DNA of 64,000 bases from Lama guanicoe (GCA_013239625.1 MU056303.1:10658049-10722048); one strand, 5' to 3'; counted from the stretch's first letter, positions 1 through 12,615 are shown. Notes: generated by a model not told the origin, from the letters alone. Program-made: numbers and translations.

Positions 1-105
1 CCAGAGAGGTTAAGTGGTGGGGTGGGGCCCCCCTAAACCAGTTAGTGGCCGAGCCGGGGTAGGAAGTTGTAGCCTGGGACCCCAGTTCAGTGGTCTTTGC
101 CCTGT
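1..105 (-). mobile_element. MIR SINE fragment
   Basis: cagagaggttaagtg...agttagtggccgagccgggg resembles the reverse complement of the MIR 5' half; degraded. Confidence 0.5.
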
Positions 106-484
106 GCCCGGTGGGAATGCCACCAGAGGCTGTGTCTAGCCGTCGGCGCCGTCTCTGAAGTTTGCTCTGAAGTGGATCAGAGCCCGAATCCCAACCAGCC
201 CAGCCTGCAGAAGCTGAGAGGGCCTGGCCTTTCGGTGAGGCTGTCTTTGCCCGTGGCTTACAGGGGATAATGGCATCAGGGGAAGGTGAACTTGAAGGCC
301 TTGATTCGTCTCTGGGGCTGAGTTCAAAGTCAAAAGCTCTGACAGCATTGCCAAAGACGGCATGAGCAAAGTGGTCCTGTGGGGGCTGGGCGCGTGTGCC
401 GAGCGAAGGCTCTGAAATTTGCCTCTGAATCTGTGTCATGTCTACACACGCCTCCATTCAAGGTGGCCACCCGGACACCCACAT

Positions 485-615
485 GCATTGATTGGCATTT
501 CGCAACTTTCCAAATGCGAATCACAGTATAAAATTAAATTCACATTTAAGGGCCTTTAAAGCATAGCCTTTTTATTCAGCAGCTTTTTATGAAGCCCTCA
601 CCGATTTATAATCCA
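485..615. promoter_or_regulatory. Candidate conserved enhancer (AT-rich island)
   Basis: Non-repeat AT-rich island in GC-rich DNA; C/EBP-like ATTTCGCAAC and several TTTAT/ATAAAA posterior HOX/CDX-type cores. Confidence 0.4.
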
Positions 616-1224
616 CGCGGGAACTCACTCCACAGGGCTGAGAGCTGGGTGTTAACCCTTAGCTGGAAGAAACGCATCTCCTGGACTCAGATAGATGAAG
701 TCCAGGGTTGCTACTGACTCAGGGAGGCAGGTGATCTGCCTGCCGCTCTTCCCTCTGCCCTGGTGACCTACTTTTTCTCCGGGTTCTCTGGAAATCAGAG
801 CCTGAGATGCAGGAAAAATGTATTCATTTAACACCGTTTATCCAGAGTTGGTTTTGTGCTGACCACACGGAGCCCACAAAGCAGCTGCCTTAAAAAGTGC
901 CCGATGGGCTAGCCAGCGGCGGGCGCACCCCCTTCCAGTGCTCGGGGGCGGCCGGTGCCCATAAACTCTTGCCCTTCACCGAGGGGGTGGAGAAAGACTT
1001 GGCAGTTGCCCCACCCCAGCCCCACCCACCGTGGGAAGGCCCCCAGGCTTTCGTCCTGCTCCTTGGGGTTGATGGGCTGTTCTCGAAGGTTTTCAATGAC
1101 ATCTGTTGTAGGGAGGAAAACCCTTTCCCGGTACTTGGGCTAGGCAAGCGACTTTCTCTTCGGTCTCCTTCTGGAGAATGACTTGGGCCTTAGGGGGTGT
1201 TTCTTCCACTTCTGTTGGGGAGCA

Positions 1225-1370
1225 TTTGTGCTAATTATTTGCCATCTCGGTTACATAACGGGCCTTTGTCAGCGGTTTTCCGATGACACCGTTTGTGAAG
1301 TTGGGATTTGCTGTGCTGTAAGCATTTCTGACGAATGCTCTGGAAAGCCCACGGTGCTGTAATTGTGCTT
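1225..1370. promoter_or_regulatory. Candidate enhancer with PAR-bZIP D-box
   Basis: GTTACATAAC (1250-1259) matches RTTAYGTAAY on the minus strand; CTAATTA homeodomain core and SOX-like CCTTTGTC nearby. Confidence 0.3.
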
Positions 1371-1714
1371 CTGTCCTGCTGGGCTCCGCGTGCCACCAAC
1401 CCGGACCTCGGAGCCTTTGTGGTGAGCTCAGGCGCTCTTGTCACTCTGACAGCTGCTCTGAAGGGTACTCAACCCGGGAAACGCTCTGAGTCCATCTGCA
1501 TCGGTGGGGCCCAGCACACCTCACTCTGGCCTCAGCCGGAGCAGGAACATTTACTGGACGAGGTAGAAAGAGCTCCCCTATAGAAAATGCAGGCCCAAGC
1601 CCGGCCCTGGACCCTCTTGTTAAACGTTAGGCTCAAGCTTCAAACCTCATTAACTAAAATCACACTGATGGCAATGACAGTGGCCAACGTTAATTAAGTT
1701 CCTTTTAGACATTC

Positions 1715-1885
1715 TACAAGTGTTATCTTCCTTAATCCTAACAATAGTCTTGTGAGGAGGTGCTATTATTCTCCCCATTTTACAGGCATGGAAACTGAGG
1801 CTGAGGTTTATTACCTCGTCCGAGGTCACTTAGTTGTGCTAAGTGGTGGTGCTGAAGGCTTCGAATCTGAACCCAGGACCTCTTG
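1715..1885 (-). mobile_element. MIR SINE
   Basis: ccccattttacaggcatggaaactgaggct matches the MIR core (reverse complement), followed by gaacccagg. Confidence 0.8.
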
Positions 1886-1914
1886 CTTATTGCTTTGTTA
1901 GGCCATCCAGTCTT

Positions 1915-2005
1915 ATGAACACATATTGCATGTTTTTCATGTGTCCAGCACTGAAATGCAGTGGAAGTCTTTGCCCTGGAGTAGCTCAGAGTCTAATGGG
2001 GAGGC
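1915..2005 (-). mobile_element. L2 3' fragment
   Basis: tttgccctggagtagctcagagtctaatggggag matches the L2 3' region (reverse complement). Confidence 0.5.
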
Positions 2006-2929
2006 CTTCTTTGAAGCATACGACTGGGCATAGCCTAGGGAACAGTACCCTAGTAGAGAGGCTGCTCAGAGCACACAGTGTCGCAGCGGACCCAGGAGGA
2101 TGGCTGAGGGTCGGGGTGGCTCCATTGTGGCAGTGGGGTGCTTGAGCTGAATCTGGAAGAATGGGCAAGAGATGCCAGGTTGCCAAGGGGAAAAGGGTAA
2201 CCAGGGAGACGAAACAGCACACGCAAAGGCACAGAGAGATGAGAGCCATCGCTGCCTCTGAGCTTCTTGGGTTACTTGGTGTGGCTGGAATATGACCTGC
2301 CCCATGCCAGCAGGAGGTTTGTATTTCTGCAGGGGCAGGACCTACATGAAAGGCAAAGGGAAATTTCGTAGCTCTCAACGTCTTGCTGAGGCCCATCTCT
2401 ATGATCCATAAATGCTCTTCTCTCTAAACTTTCAGACTCAAAGCCCATTTTGCATGTCCCCTTTGGTGTCGGTGTCCCAGGATTCCGCTCCCTGCATTGG
2501 GCAACTACAAACTGCTGAAACCAGTTATATGCTCTGGGGTGTCTTGGAATCTATGCCTTCTTGCAAAACCCCACCCCCAGCCTTAGCACGTAGGAAGCAC
2601 CCACTAAACTTGTAACTTGTCTTCCTCTGTTCCCCCACCCCCATCCACAGGTGACAATGAGCAATTTGAATCCTAAATTGGATATGTTTAGTGTGCCACA
2701 TGTTTAGTGTGTCCTGCTAAACTTCTTCAATGTCTCTTATGTCCTCTCATAAAATCTCAAGTCATAGGAGTGAACGAGGGACAACTGGGGTGAACATTGG
2801 CCACAAAAAGGAATGGCTGGGGGAACATGGTAAATTCAGACTGAGCACTCACCACCCTTATCACCCCATCACACACCTGCCTCAAGACCCTGCAGGTGGA
2901 ACTCATCCTTTTCTCCCACCCCAGCCCCT

Positions 2930-4390
2930 GCCTGTGTTCTTGGATTGGAAGATTCCATGCCATGAAAAAGTCAATTGTCCCTAGATTCATTTATACATTT
3001 AATATAATCTCAGTAACATACCAATAAATTTTGTTTTCCCCCTGGAACTAGAAAAGGTATTCTAAAGTTTAATGGAAAAATAAATAGGCAACCCCCGCCC
3101 TGAGAAATAACAGTAAAAACAAAAGCAGACCAATAAGGGGAGGGAGACCAGCCCTACCAGACAACTTGAAAACACTTACACAGTTTCTGTAGTGAAAACA
3201 GTGCGACGTTGGAATAGATAAATGGACCAGTGGAACAGAACAATCCCAAGATAGCCCAGAATATACACAAGAAATTCGTAAATGATACAGGTGGCATCTC
3301 AAGTCAATGTGGTGAAGATGAATCGTAAATAAAGATACTGGCACAATAGAATAGCCATTTAGGAAAAAGACAGAATAGGCTCCGTACTTCATAACATGCA
3401 TTGGGAAAAATCTCCTAGTGGAGCAGAGATTTAAATGTTAAACACAAACATAAAAATGCTTTAAGGAAACGCGGGGATCACCTTAGATGGGGATGGCTTT
3501 TGCAAATAATAACTCAAAATCTAGAAGCCAAGGAAAAGATGGAGAAGTTTGACTGTATAAAAACTAAAAAAATTGATGCATGGCCCAAACACCGTAGAGT
3601 CAAAAGACAAATGACAAATGGAGAAAACGGTGTTTGCAACGCACATTACAAAGAGCTACTCCCGCTAAGAATTAAAAATAATTAGAAATCAAGAAGATCC
3701 AGAACTCAGTAGAAAAAGGGGCAAAGGACAGGAACGCTGAGTTCCCAAAAAAGAAATGCAAATGGTCCTTTACCCTCTGAATTGATTTGCAGCCTGTTCC
3801 TATTGTGAGGGATGCAAATTACAAAAACTCCCCAGAGAGAGACCATTCCTCATCTCTCAGATTTGGCCAAACTCTGAAATCTTGACAAAACACAGTGTTG
3901 GCAAAGTTGTGGGGAAGCGCTTGGTCTCTGCCATCGCTGGCAGAGCGCAACGTGGGATAATCCTACAGAGGGAGCACTGAGAATGTCTACCGTCGTCACA
4001 AATGCATCTTCCACGCAGCAGCCCTGCTTCTGGAAATCCGTCCCACAGACACACCTGCACAAGCGTGGAATCCCGTAAGTACAGAACCACTCACTGCAGC
4101 ATTGTTTATGAAAACAAGACTGGCCACAGGGCCTGGGTGAATAAATTAGGGTACGTCTGTCTACCTAGTGGAGGGCTGTGCCGTGGTCCGAACATACAGG
4201 GATCATCAGGGCGTTTCTGGTAAGTGAAAAAAGCGAGGTACCGATCATGCAAATAGTACCATATCTTTTGTGAAAGAATTGGAGGAAATAAGAAAAAAAC
4301 ACATTCATTTGTGCTTATATTTGCATAAAGAAGCACTGGAAAGATAAACGAGAAATGGATCAAAGGGTTCTCTGTGGTGGGGACGGGGGG
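2930..4390 (+). mobile_element. Ancient L1 (L1M-type), ORF2 C-terminal part plus 3' UTR
   Basis: tgttcttggattggaagattc...atttaatataatctc...ggaactagaaaaggtattctaaagtttaatgg corresponds to ORF2 CSWIGR...RFNAIP...ELEK.ILKFIW; A-rich, many frameshifts. Confidence 0.85.
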
Positions 4391-4849
4391 TGGGGTACCG
4401 AGCAGGGCTTCTCTGGGTGCGTCTTGTTACCAAGCTTGGGCTTTCGGTCAATGCAGGTGTGTTTGCCTGACTTGTCCTGGAAGGCTGACTGCCTTGGTCC
4501 AGCCAGATCACGGGAATCATCTGGATGACTTGTTGAAGTCAATGCAGGTCCCAAGCCCTTGTCTGTGGTGGGCCCTGGGAACGTGTGTTTTCCCATAAGC
4601 ACCAGGTTATCCTTCGAGGGGGAGGTTTGGTGAAGTGCCGAATCTCATCCTTGGCCCCAAGGAGCCACTCGGACAAGACTGTGCCCATGAAGGCCTTGAC
4701 TCAGCGCCACGGTTCTTAAACTCGGAAACCCAGGCCCACATCTGATGGACGTGGAATCTCCTCCTGTCGCCTGGGGATCCTGCTCTGCTGCCCCACGAGC
4801 CTGATCCTTGCATCCCGCAGAGAATCACCGCCGTTCGAGGCTCGCGTCC

Positions 4850-4975
4850 AGCAATCAAAAGCGCGTGGCTGCGTTTTATTTTCCACAGTTTGCATTGTGA
4901 AAATGACACACGTTTATCTTTGTTTTTAAATATGAAATTATGTTACTATGCTCTTGAGTATATATTTTCAAACTA
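4850..4975. promoter_or_regulatory. Candidate enhancer (AT-rich island)
   Basis: Non-repeat island with ATCAAA (TCF-like), CATTGT and CTTTGT (SOX-like), TTATCT (GATA) and TTTTAT cores. Confidence 0.25.
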
Positions 4976-5939
4976 CAGCCCACCTTGCCCAGTTCCCAGA
5001 AAATTCCGAGCGCTTTGATGGCTATTCTTATCCATCCACCCAGAGATGTCACTCACCTACCCGCCAAATCTTGTCCAAGAAAAACTGATGGAAAATACTT
5101 AGAAGAGGTCCCTCTGATCCTTTCTCTCCCTCCAGGAAGTACTCCTGCCTCGTCTGTAGAGGAGATAATGCAGAGGGGGACCCCAGTACTGAGAGATGGC
5201 TGGGGGTCTGCATGACAGCCCAGGGGCCTTGGGGGCAGTTCTTGGCCCCAGATCATCTCCCTTTCCTCTCCTTCTGGAGTTTTTATCCCTGTCCCACAGG
5301 CAGGTCATCTTGGCTGCCTCGCCTCCTTGCTGACTCTGAATCTAGGCACCAGCTCTTCTGTTTTGAGAGGTTTACAGCTGATCTTCACGGGGGAGCAGCA
5401 AGGACTGTGAGGGAGGTATAAAGTCTGGGGAAGCGGGACCACGGTCTTGGTCCTCAGTTTTGAGGCTCTGGGATGTTATCTGGAAGTTAGGGAGATGTTT
5501 GTGCAGATGTTTGTGGATGCCAAGCGTGGGTCCTTCAAGTCCCTCAGCCTCCTGAGGGTGCTGCAGGGGGGACCCAGGAGGCCTCTGGCTGGATAGCCTT
5601 CCAGCTGGACTCTGCAGTCCCACAGCCGAAGGGACAAGATGTTGAGAATCGTGCTCCGAGCCTTGGAGACTAGGCATGGTCCTCCGAAGCCTGGCCCTTT
5701 ATCCCACCCTTTCCCAGCCACCCTTTTCCAACGTGGTGTTTTTTGGAATCAGGAGGAAAAAGTCTGTTTCCTTCTTGTTTCTCCTCGAAGTCCCCCAGGA
5801 CTAGCGAGAGCACGTCTTGGAAAGACTTGGGGTTTTTGATGTGCTGCTGACAGCAAGGGACTGTGGGCCAGAGCTCAGCCTGGGCCTGTGGTGGGTGCTG
5901 GGTGGGAGGTGCTGGCAAGAGCAGTGGCTTCCCCTCCCT

Positions 5940-6390
5940 GCCTCCCCGACACCCCGCTCTGCCTGGATCCACCCGTGACCCTCACACCCCACTTGGCTGC
6001 ACATCTCCTCGTAAGTCGAAGGGAGAAGAGGCTGTGGGACGGGGCTGCCCCGCTGCGGGCCTCAGCTTCCCGCCCAGGGAACCGGGTGGAGCGGGGGCTG
6101 CTCCGGGTTGCCTCCGGATCGCTCCCCAGCTGGAACCCACGCTGCTGCCCGGCCCCCGCCCTGCGCTGGCAACTCTCTGCAGGGAATTTGGGGTGAAGGG
6201 AAGCCTGTTTGCGAGGCAGCATCTCTCGGCCTCTTGCCCAAGAGGCCAGAGCCGCTCTTGCTGGACTGCTGCCGCGGTGGGTGAAGGGGAGGCTAAGAGG
6301 CCCCAGCCGTCCCCAGGCTGACAGCAGAATGCATGTGGGGAGGCCCGGGCCCACCCCACCACCCCCCGGGCCTGTTTTTGCTGCGGTTCT
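5940..6390. other. GC/CpG-rich patch (CpG-island-like)
   Basis: Visibly high GC and CpG density with GC-box-like cccgccc; no associated exon recognised. Confidence 0.35.
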
Positions 6391-7079
6391 GCAAACAACC
6401 CCATCTGGAAACAGATTTTTTTCCCCACCCCTGTTTTCTCTAAATTGGGGTAGCAGTTCAGGCCCCATTTCCTGCCACCCCCTCACTGTCTCCTGGCCTG
6501 TCCTCCCAGATTCTGGAGCCAAAGCATCAGGGGGAATCCAGGCTGGTGAGGCCGGGCTGTGCCTCTCCAGGGGCCCCGTAGTGGAGGGGGGTCGCCACGT
6601 CCACCCTCTCTTCCTTGTCCTGCCTTCAACTGTGTGAGCTCAGGGGGCTCAGGGAGGGGTGTCTGGAGCGACGCCACAGAGATGGGAGCTGTTGGGAAAG
6701 TTCTCATCCTCAGCGGGCCATCGAGGGCTCTGTGATCACAAATGGACCCGCGCCCGTGAAAGGTACTTGCAGGAAACTGCTTGCAGGCAGGATCTTGTGG
6801 CAGCCGAGGAAGGATGCCTTTAGGACATCCCTGCTGTCTTTGGGGTCCCTCTCCCAACCTTTTAGGGTCTCCCTTCTCTGTGACCCTGTCTTGACCTTTC
6901 ACACTTGCTGACACAAGTGCCCTGCTTCTTGAGTCCCCCACCCCCGACAGAGCCCGCCCCCCAATGTCACGTGCTCATCTCTTCTTTCCAGGCACGATTA
7001 AGTTCCTCTGTGCGCCCAGGGGACACAGCCCTGCCCTGGAGGAGCTGATGGTCAAGTGGAGGAAAAGATTGTTATTATA

Positions 7080-7560
7080 CAAAAGAAGGAAATAATGCCT
7101 TTTGCAGCAACGTGGATGGACCTAGAGATGATCATACCGAGTGAAGTCAGTCAGACAGAGAAAGACAAATATCGTATGTTATCACTTACATGTGGAATCT
7201 AAAAAAAACCACAAATGAATTTATTTACAAAACAGAAATAGACTCACAGACATAGAAAACAAAATAATTGTTATAGAAATAGACATAGAAAACAAACAAA
7301 TGGTTATCAAGGGGGAAAGTAGGGGTGGGGGGACGGATGAATTAGGAGTTTGGGATGAACAGATACACACTACCATATATAATATAAAGGACAAGGACCT
7401 ACTGCATAGCACATGGAACTACATTTAATATCTTGTAATAACTTATAATGGAAAAGAATCTGAAAAAGAATATATAACTGAATCACTTTGCTGTACACCT
7501 GAAACAAGCATACTTTTTTAATTAAAGTGTAGTTATAAGTCAACTATACATCAATAAAAA
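7080..7560 (+). mobile_element. 5'-truncated artiodactyl-type L1 3' end, inserted in an L2 fragment
   Basis: gaaataatgccttttgcagcaacgtggatggacctagag...gaatcactttgctgtacacctgaaac...caataaaaaa; diverged TSD aaaagattgttatta / aaaagatcattaata; L2 motif gacacagccctgccctggaggagctg on the left flank. Confidence 0.9.
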
Positions 7561-7909
7561 AGATCATTAATAAAGTGATGAATGCCACAGGGTCTGTCCA
7601 CACAGTCCCCGGTGTCCAGGAAAGGCCGAACATTCTCTCCCTTCCCACCATGCCCATCTCAAACCAATGGATGCGTTTGCTCCAGGATTACTTCCGCCCC
7701 ACGCAAAGGAGCTCGCTAACCCGAGAACCGCATGTCCCGGAGGGAAGGACCCTTCCTTGTGGCCCTCGATGACTCTAGTTTCTGTCCTCTTCTTCTTCAG
7801 ATCCTTAACCTGCACCTCACTTCTGGAAAGCGGCTAAAATCTCATACAGATGAACAACATATGGTGGGTACGTGTGCGTGCGTTTGAATACTATTTTTGG
7901 AAGGAGGCC

Positions 7910-8010
7910 GGCGCTGGGAGTGCAGAAGCCTGGATTTAGATGGCTGTTAATTAGCTTTGTGACCTGGGGTGATTCGTCACACGTCTCTGGACCTCACTTT
8001 CCTTGTCAGG
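7910..8010 (+). mobile_element. MIR fragment
   Basis: ttagctttgtgacctgggg...tctctggacctcactttcctt. Confidence 0.6.
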
Positions 8011-8659
8011 GAAGACAGTGCTACCTGCCTCGCCAGCTTCCCGGAACAGCTACTAGGGGAGGACTAGAGAGTGTCTGGGTGGGTGCTTTACCACCGTTGG
8101 ACAAGGTGCTCTCTGATTACCATGGGGTCATGCCTGCCCATCCTGGCATGTACCGTGACACAGGCCTCGTGCCATCTGGCAGGTGGAACCAAGTAGGAGC
8201 TGGGGCTCTCCCTGTCCACATCCCCTCGGATCCCCCTCCTGTGAACGCGTCTGTGAGTCTCTTCTGGCCCCCGTGAGCTTTTGCTCCCAACACTTGTCCC
8301 CGAGAAGGATGCCCTGGCTCTATCTGTGACTGGTTGCACCGGGTAGAAGCTCCGGCTCCCGGTCCCACCAGCAGGACAACTTGGATGTATCGCTGACCCC
8401 GGAGGCATCCGCTGAGGTCGCCTTCCCGGGCCTTGGCCTGAGGCCCTGCTTGCACTGGTTCTGGCCCCTTCACAGGCTTCTCCCAGGAGAGTGCTGTCTG
8501 AGGACCCTCCTGTCCTGTCCTTAGAGGGTCCTTTCCGCAGAAGCTCAGAACACCAGGGTCTGCTTCTGGGGAGCTCGACCTTGGAGCGGGGAAAGCTTTC
8601 TGGAGACAATGAGCTCTTATGTTTTAGCAAGGAAGGGTGAAGAGGGAAGAGAAATGGTT

Positions 8660-8845
8660 AAACAGCTATTAAGCACCTACTGTATGCCAGGCATGGGGCC
8701 GGATGTTTACTGCTTCCCCTAATCCCCCCACCCCCCCAAATCTAGGTGATTGCTACACTCGCCACTTTAGAGTTGAGGAGAAGCTCAGAGAGCTTAAATA
8801 ACTCACCCAGGTAACGAAGTTAGTTGGAGTCTGGCCCTAAACTCT
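8660..8845 (-). mobile_element. MIR SINE
   Basis: tattaagcacctactgtatgccaggca...gctcagagagcttaaataactcacccagg. Confidence 0.7.
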
Positions 8846-9022
8846 TTCTCCTTCATTCTGCTGCCTCCCTGGTATGCGGTGGTTTAGGGGTTCCTGAGGC
8901 TGGCTTGGGGGGCGCAGGTGAGCCGGGCATCTCCTTGGGCTGGCCTGGGCCCCAGAGTCATGGGACTAGGACCAGGAACATGGGGCAACCTTGGGAGCCA
9001 TCAGCTTCTCCTCTGGAGGGCA

Positions 9023-9064
9023 GTGTGTGTGTGTGCGCGCGTGTGTGTGTGTCTGTGTGTGTGT
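9023..9064. repeat. (TG)n/(CG)n microsatellite
   Basis: Alternating purine-pyrimidine run seen directly. Confidence 0.9.
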
Positions 9065-9404
9065 AGGGGTGGGGGCTGGGGAGGACGGCATCCTCTTGCC
9101 CTCGTAATGAGGTTTAATTACCAGTTGTTTTTCGAGGGCTTTGGAGGCCAAAAGCTGAGGAGAGAAGCTTCTTTCTAGCCGTATCCGTTCTAACCCACTT
9201 GAACACCAATCAGGTGCCTTTTGTTTCCCCGTCTTCACTGACAACGGCCAGTTGTCGCTCTCTTGAGCAGCCACGGACACCCTGCTACATCTCCTGCCAG
9301 CTGGAGGGCGTGGGAAGGGGACAGCTCCTACCTTTTATTTTCTCCCTGCCTGGTCAAAAGTCAGGCGAGGTGGCTGTCCTCCTGGGGACGGATGATGAAC
9401 GGAA

Positions 9405-9490
9405 AGCTATGTGCCCCTGAGCCACTCTCACTTTCTGGGCCTCTGTTTCCCTATCTGTAAAATGGGCATGATCACACCTGCCCGGCTTTC
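9405..9490 (+). mobile_element. MIR core
   Basis: ctgggcctctgtttccctatctgtaaaatggg. Confidence 0.75.
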
Positions 9491-9764
9491 TTCACGGAGT
9501 CGGTAGAGGAAGCAAGGAGAGAGCCGGCACTGAAGGACTGGCAGGGAGACGGCTCCAGCCCCCTACAGCAGCGTGAGAAGAGTGGGCCTTCCCGGGGTTG
9601 CCCTTGCTGGGGACAGGGGGCGGGCAGAGTCCTTGCTGCAGGGCGGACCCTCCGTGGGGCAGGGCACCGGCGCAGAGCTGCCCGGCCCGCAGCCTGAGGG
9701 TCCCCCGCACGCCCCTCCCCGCACAGCCCTGTTCGATTGCCTGGGCTGAACTCTGCACACGCCT

Positions 9765-9955
9765 CCGTGGTATTTGCCAGATATATGGTGTCTGCGAGAA
9801 GGGCCTCTTATGAGTCAGCGTTCAAATATGTTACCAGCTCAATAAACAGAGGTTTGTTGTAAATTAAGGAAAGGAAGCAAGGTGCTGGCACCAGCCCTCG
9901 TTCATCTACTGTTTTCTATTAGCAACACTTTCCCGTTAAGTAGCGCATAATTCCC
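9765..9955. promoter_or_regulatory. Candidate enhancer (AP-1/NFE2-MAF, FOX, homeodomain)
   Basis: ATGAGTCAGC at 9810-9819, ATAAACA near 9842, TAAATTAA; AT-rich island flanked by CpG-rich DNA. Confidence 0.45.
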
Positions 9956-11294
9956 TGTGCTGGTAGGGAGGCAGCTTGTCAGGGCGCTGTGGTTGTTAGT
10001 AGCGAGACCTACGAGACCTACGCAGCAAGGTCAAGAGAGAGGCAGGGCCGCCCCCGGGGGGGGCTGGCTGGGCTCCCTGGTTGCCCGGCATCCTCTGGGC
10101 AAAGTTAGGGCTGGGGGCGGGGAGGTGAGGGGCAGCAGACGCTGGTGAAGGGAAGAGCAGCCTGGGCAGGGGCGAGGGGCAGATCTAGAAAACGAGGCTC
10201 AGACCCTCCTCCCTGGGATGAGGTGGGCATCCCATCGCCGAGGTCATGGCATCCGAGGGCACCCTGCGCCGGCCGATCGGCAGGCTGTTGGCAAGGCGTG
10301 GCCCTTGCTGGGAGAGACGGCCGGTGGGCGCTGGGGCTGCCAAGACACAGGGCTCAGCCTGGGTGAAGGAGGCCTGGTGGCGGTGGGGAGGGGTTTAAAG
10401 TGAGAAATGCTCTTGAGGGGTGGGGGACTTACGCATGGAGCCCTCAAAAATCCAGCCAGGCTGTGCTTGGCTGGGAGGGAACTCTCCGGGGAGCTGGCTG
10501 GCTGGTGAGCCTCAGCCTGGGAGGCATTTTCTGGCATGTTCCACTCCCCAGCTCTTTCCTGGCAGATCCTACAGGGCCCCACCCCACCCACAGCCCCACA
10601 CTCTGAGGCTGGAAGGACTTGAGTATCCCAGCCAGCCTCTCCCTCCCCTGCCCCCATCTGCATGGGACTCTAGCATTGCCCCCTCCAGCCAGGTGGCCCA
10701 GGCTCCTGAAATGTTAGGGATGTGGGGAGGGGGAGGGGAGGCCCACCTGGTCCTTGACACAAATGCCCACGCAGGTGACACTGAGCTGTGGCCACCCCTG
10801 TCTGTCCCTAGCCACCATCCCTGAGGTTGCGGCCGGGGCACCCCTAGACCCACCATCCGGCCCTTTTAGATGTGTCCCTCTTCTTCCCTGTTTGCTGGGG
10901 ACGGAGGTAGAGAAACATTATTTAGCAACCTTAATCCTCAGTCATGTAGGCAAACCCCAGAGTCCTGTCTGTGCCTTGAGGATGCAAGCTTCTGACACTG
11001 CAGGGGCGGGAAGAGGCTCAGGGCAACGTGTTTGTCCTTCCCGTGGGGCGATGGTCAGGGTAAAGCCCAGCTGCTTGAATGAAAGTGGGGAGGAGACCAC
11101 AGATGGGATGGAAACGGGGGTTCCACAGCACTCTCCCACCATCATCAAGCAGTCAGAGTTAATGGGGACTTCGGCCAGCTCCTGTTCAGCCCCCTGAGTT
11201 TACGGATGGAGATCCAAGGTCCACAATTTGACAGCTTCTTAGTGGCATGGGGTACCCTTCCCCTGGCTGAAGAGTTTGCAGCTAACCTGCTGGA

Positions 11295-11360
11295 AAGGTA
11301 GGTGCCCAATACATTTTAGTTGGATGGATGAATGGATGGATGAATGAATGAATGAATGAA
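11295..11360 (+). mobile_element. L2 3' end with (TGAA/TGGA)n tail
   Basis: gtaggtgcccaatacatttt...tggatgaatgaatgaatgaa is a typical L2 terminus. Confidence 0.7.
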
Positions 11361-12394
11361 GAGTGGGACGACCTCTGGGGGTGGGTGAGGAAGGAGGAGG
11401 TTCAAGCAGAGCCCCTGAGCTTCCCCGCTTTCCCCCTTCCTCCTGCCCTCCCTTCCAGAATCACGGCGGGCCCAGGCAGTGAGAACACACTGGAATATAT
11501 GGGGGTGGCCAGAGGCCAGCCCCTCGCCAAGGGCTTCTAGGATCGATGTCTCATTCATTTGCCCGTAACACTTGCTCCAATGCTGTGCCACAGCCGGCTG
11601 GTTGGGAAGCTCTGGGTGCCACTGTGCACCATGGGACTGGGTAGCTGGCTGGAAGCAGCAGCAGGCCTGAGGGGTTGGAGATCCTGGCTTGGATGAATGG
11701 GAGGAGAGTCCGGTAGGTTCTACTCTAGGCTTCAGAGGAGAAGAGAACCTCTTTCTTTAGTGACACAGACATTTTTTCCACCTCTGATCAAGATCACAGC
11801 TTCTCGCTGGAGCAGCTCAGTGACTGAATGCCTGACTGGTCATTTCCTGAAGCACTGATGCTGCTCTCTGCAGAGGGAACCTTATCCCACCGCCCCTCCC
11901 GGCTGCCTCCACCGCCTCCCCCACCCCTCCCCTCCCTTCCCCAGCTGAGCAGTTCCGCTCCATCACTCTGAGTGCAGAAAAAGCTCTCCTTATGGTAGAC
12001 ATGAAAGGCCCTCCGGGTTTGTGGGGTGGAAAGAGAGCTCACCTCAGTCCAGTTAGGGGTCAGGGGAGGGCTCGGGAGAACTTCTGATTCTAGAGGCCTC
12101 TGTCCAATGTCCAGTCTTACCTTGCCAACTTGATTAGAAGTCTGCCTTCCCTCTGTGTCTCTTTTTAAATTTATACTCTATTTAGCTAAGTCTTCCCCAC
12201 ACCCCTTGAATCCAAGGATGCAGAACAACTCCGTGCCGCACAACTCCAGGGAACACCACCTCCAAGGCTGGTGCTCCAGGCCTGCCCTGTCCCTCAGCCA
12301 CAAGCCTACGGAGTCCTTGACCAGACTCCTCCAGACATCCCTGACTGTCCCCCTCCAGTCGGGGGCTCACTTCAGTGTCGCCATGGGATACACT

Positions 12395-12615
12395 GGGAAG
12401 AGCGTGGGCCCAGGACACACACATCTCATCTCAAGCCTGGCCCTGCGGTGATTGTGGGCAACTCAACTAATCACTCAGGGTTTTGTTTTTTTTTAAACCA
12501 AATTTAAAATAGATAAAATAATTTCCTTCACAGGTTGGGGTAAGGATTATATGGCAGTCTATTTGTAAAGGGACTTTGCAATACTCTAAGCCACTCTGTG
12601 ACTAATTAATGCTTA
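12395..12615 (+). mobile_element. MIR SINE
   Basis: tgggcaactcaactaatcactcagg...taaaatagataaaata...caggttggggtaaggatta. Confidence 0.6.

Noticed and set aside
5863-6941. Stack of 100-215 aa ORFs on both strands
   Set aside because: Expected from stop-codon scarcity in GC-rich DNA; no recognisable protein
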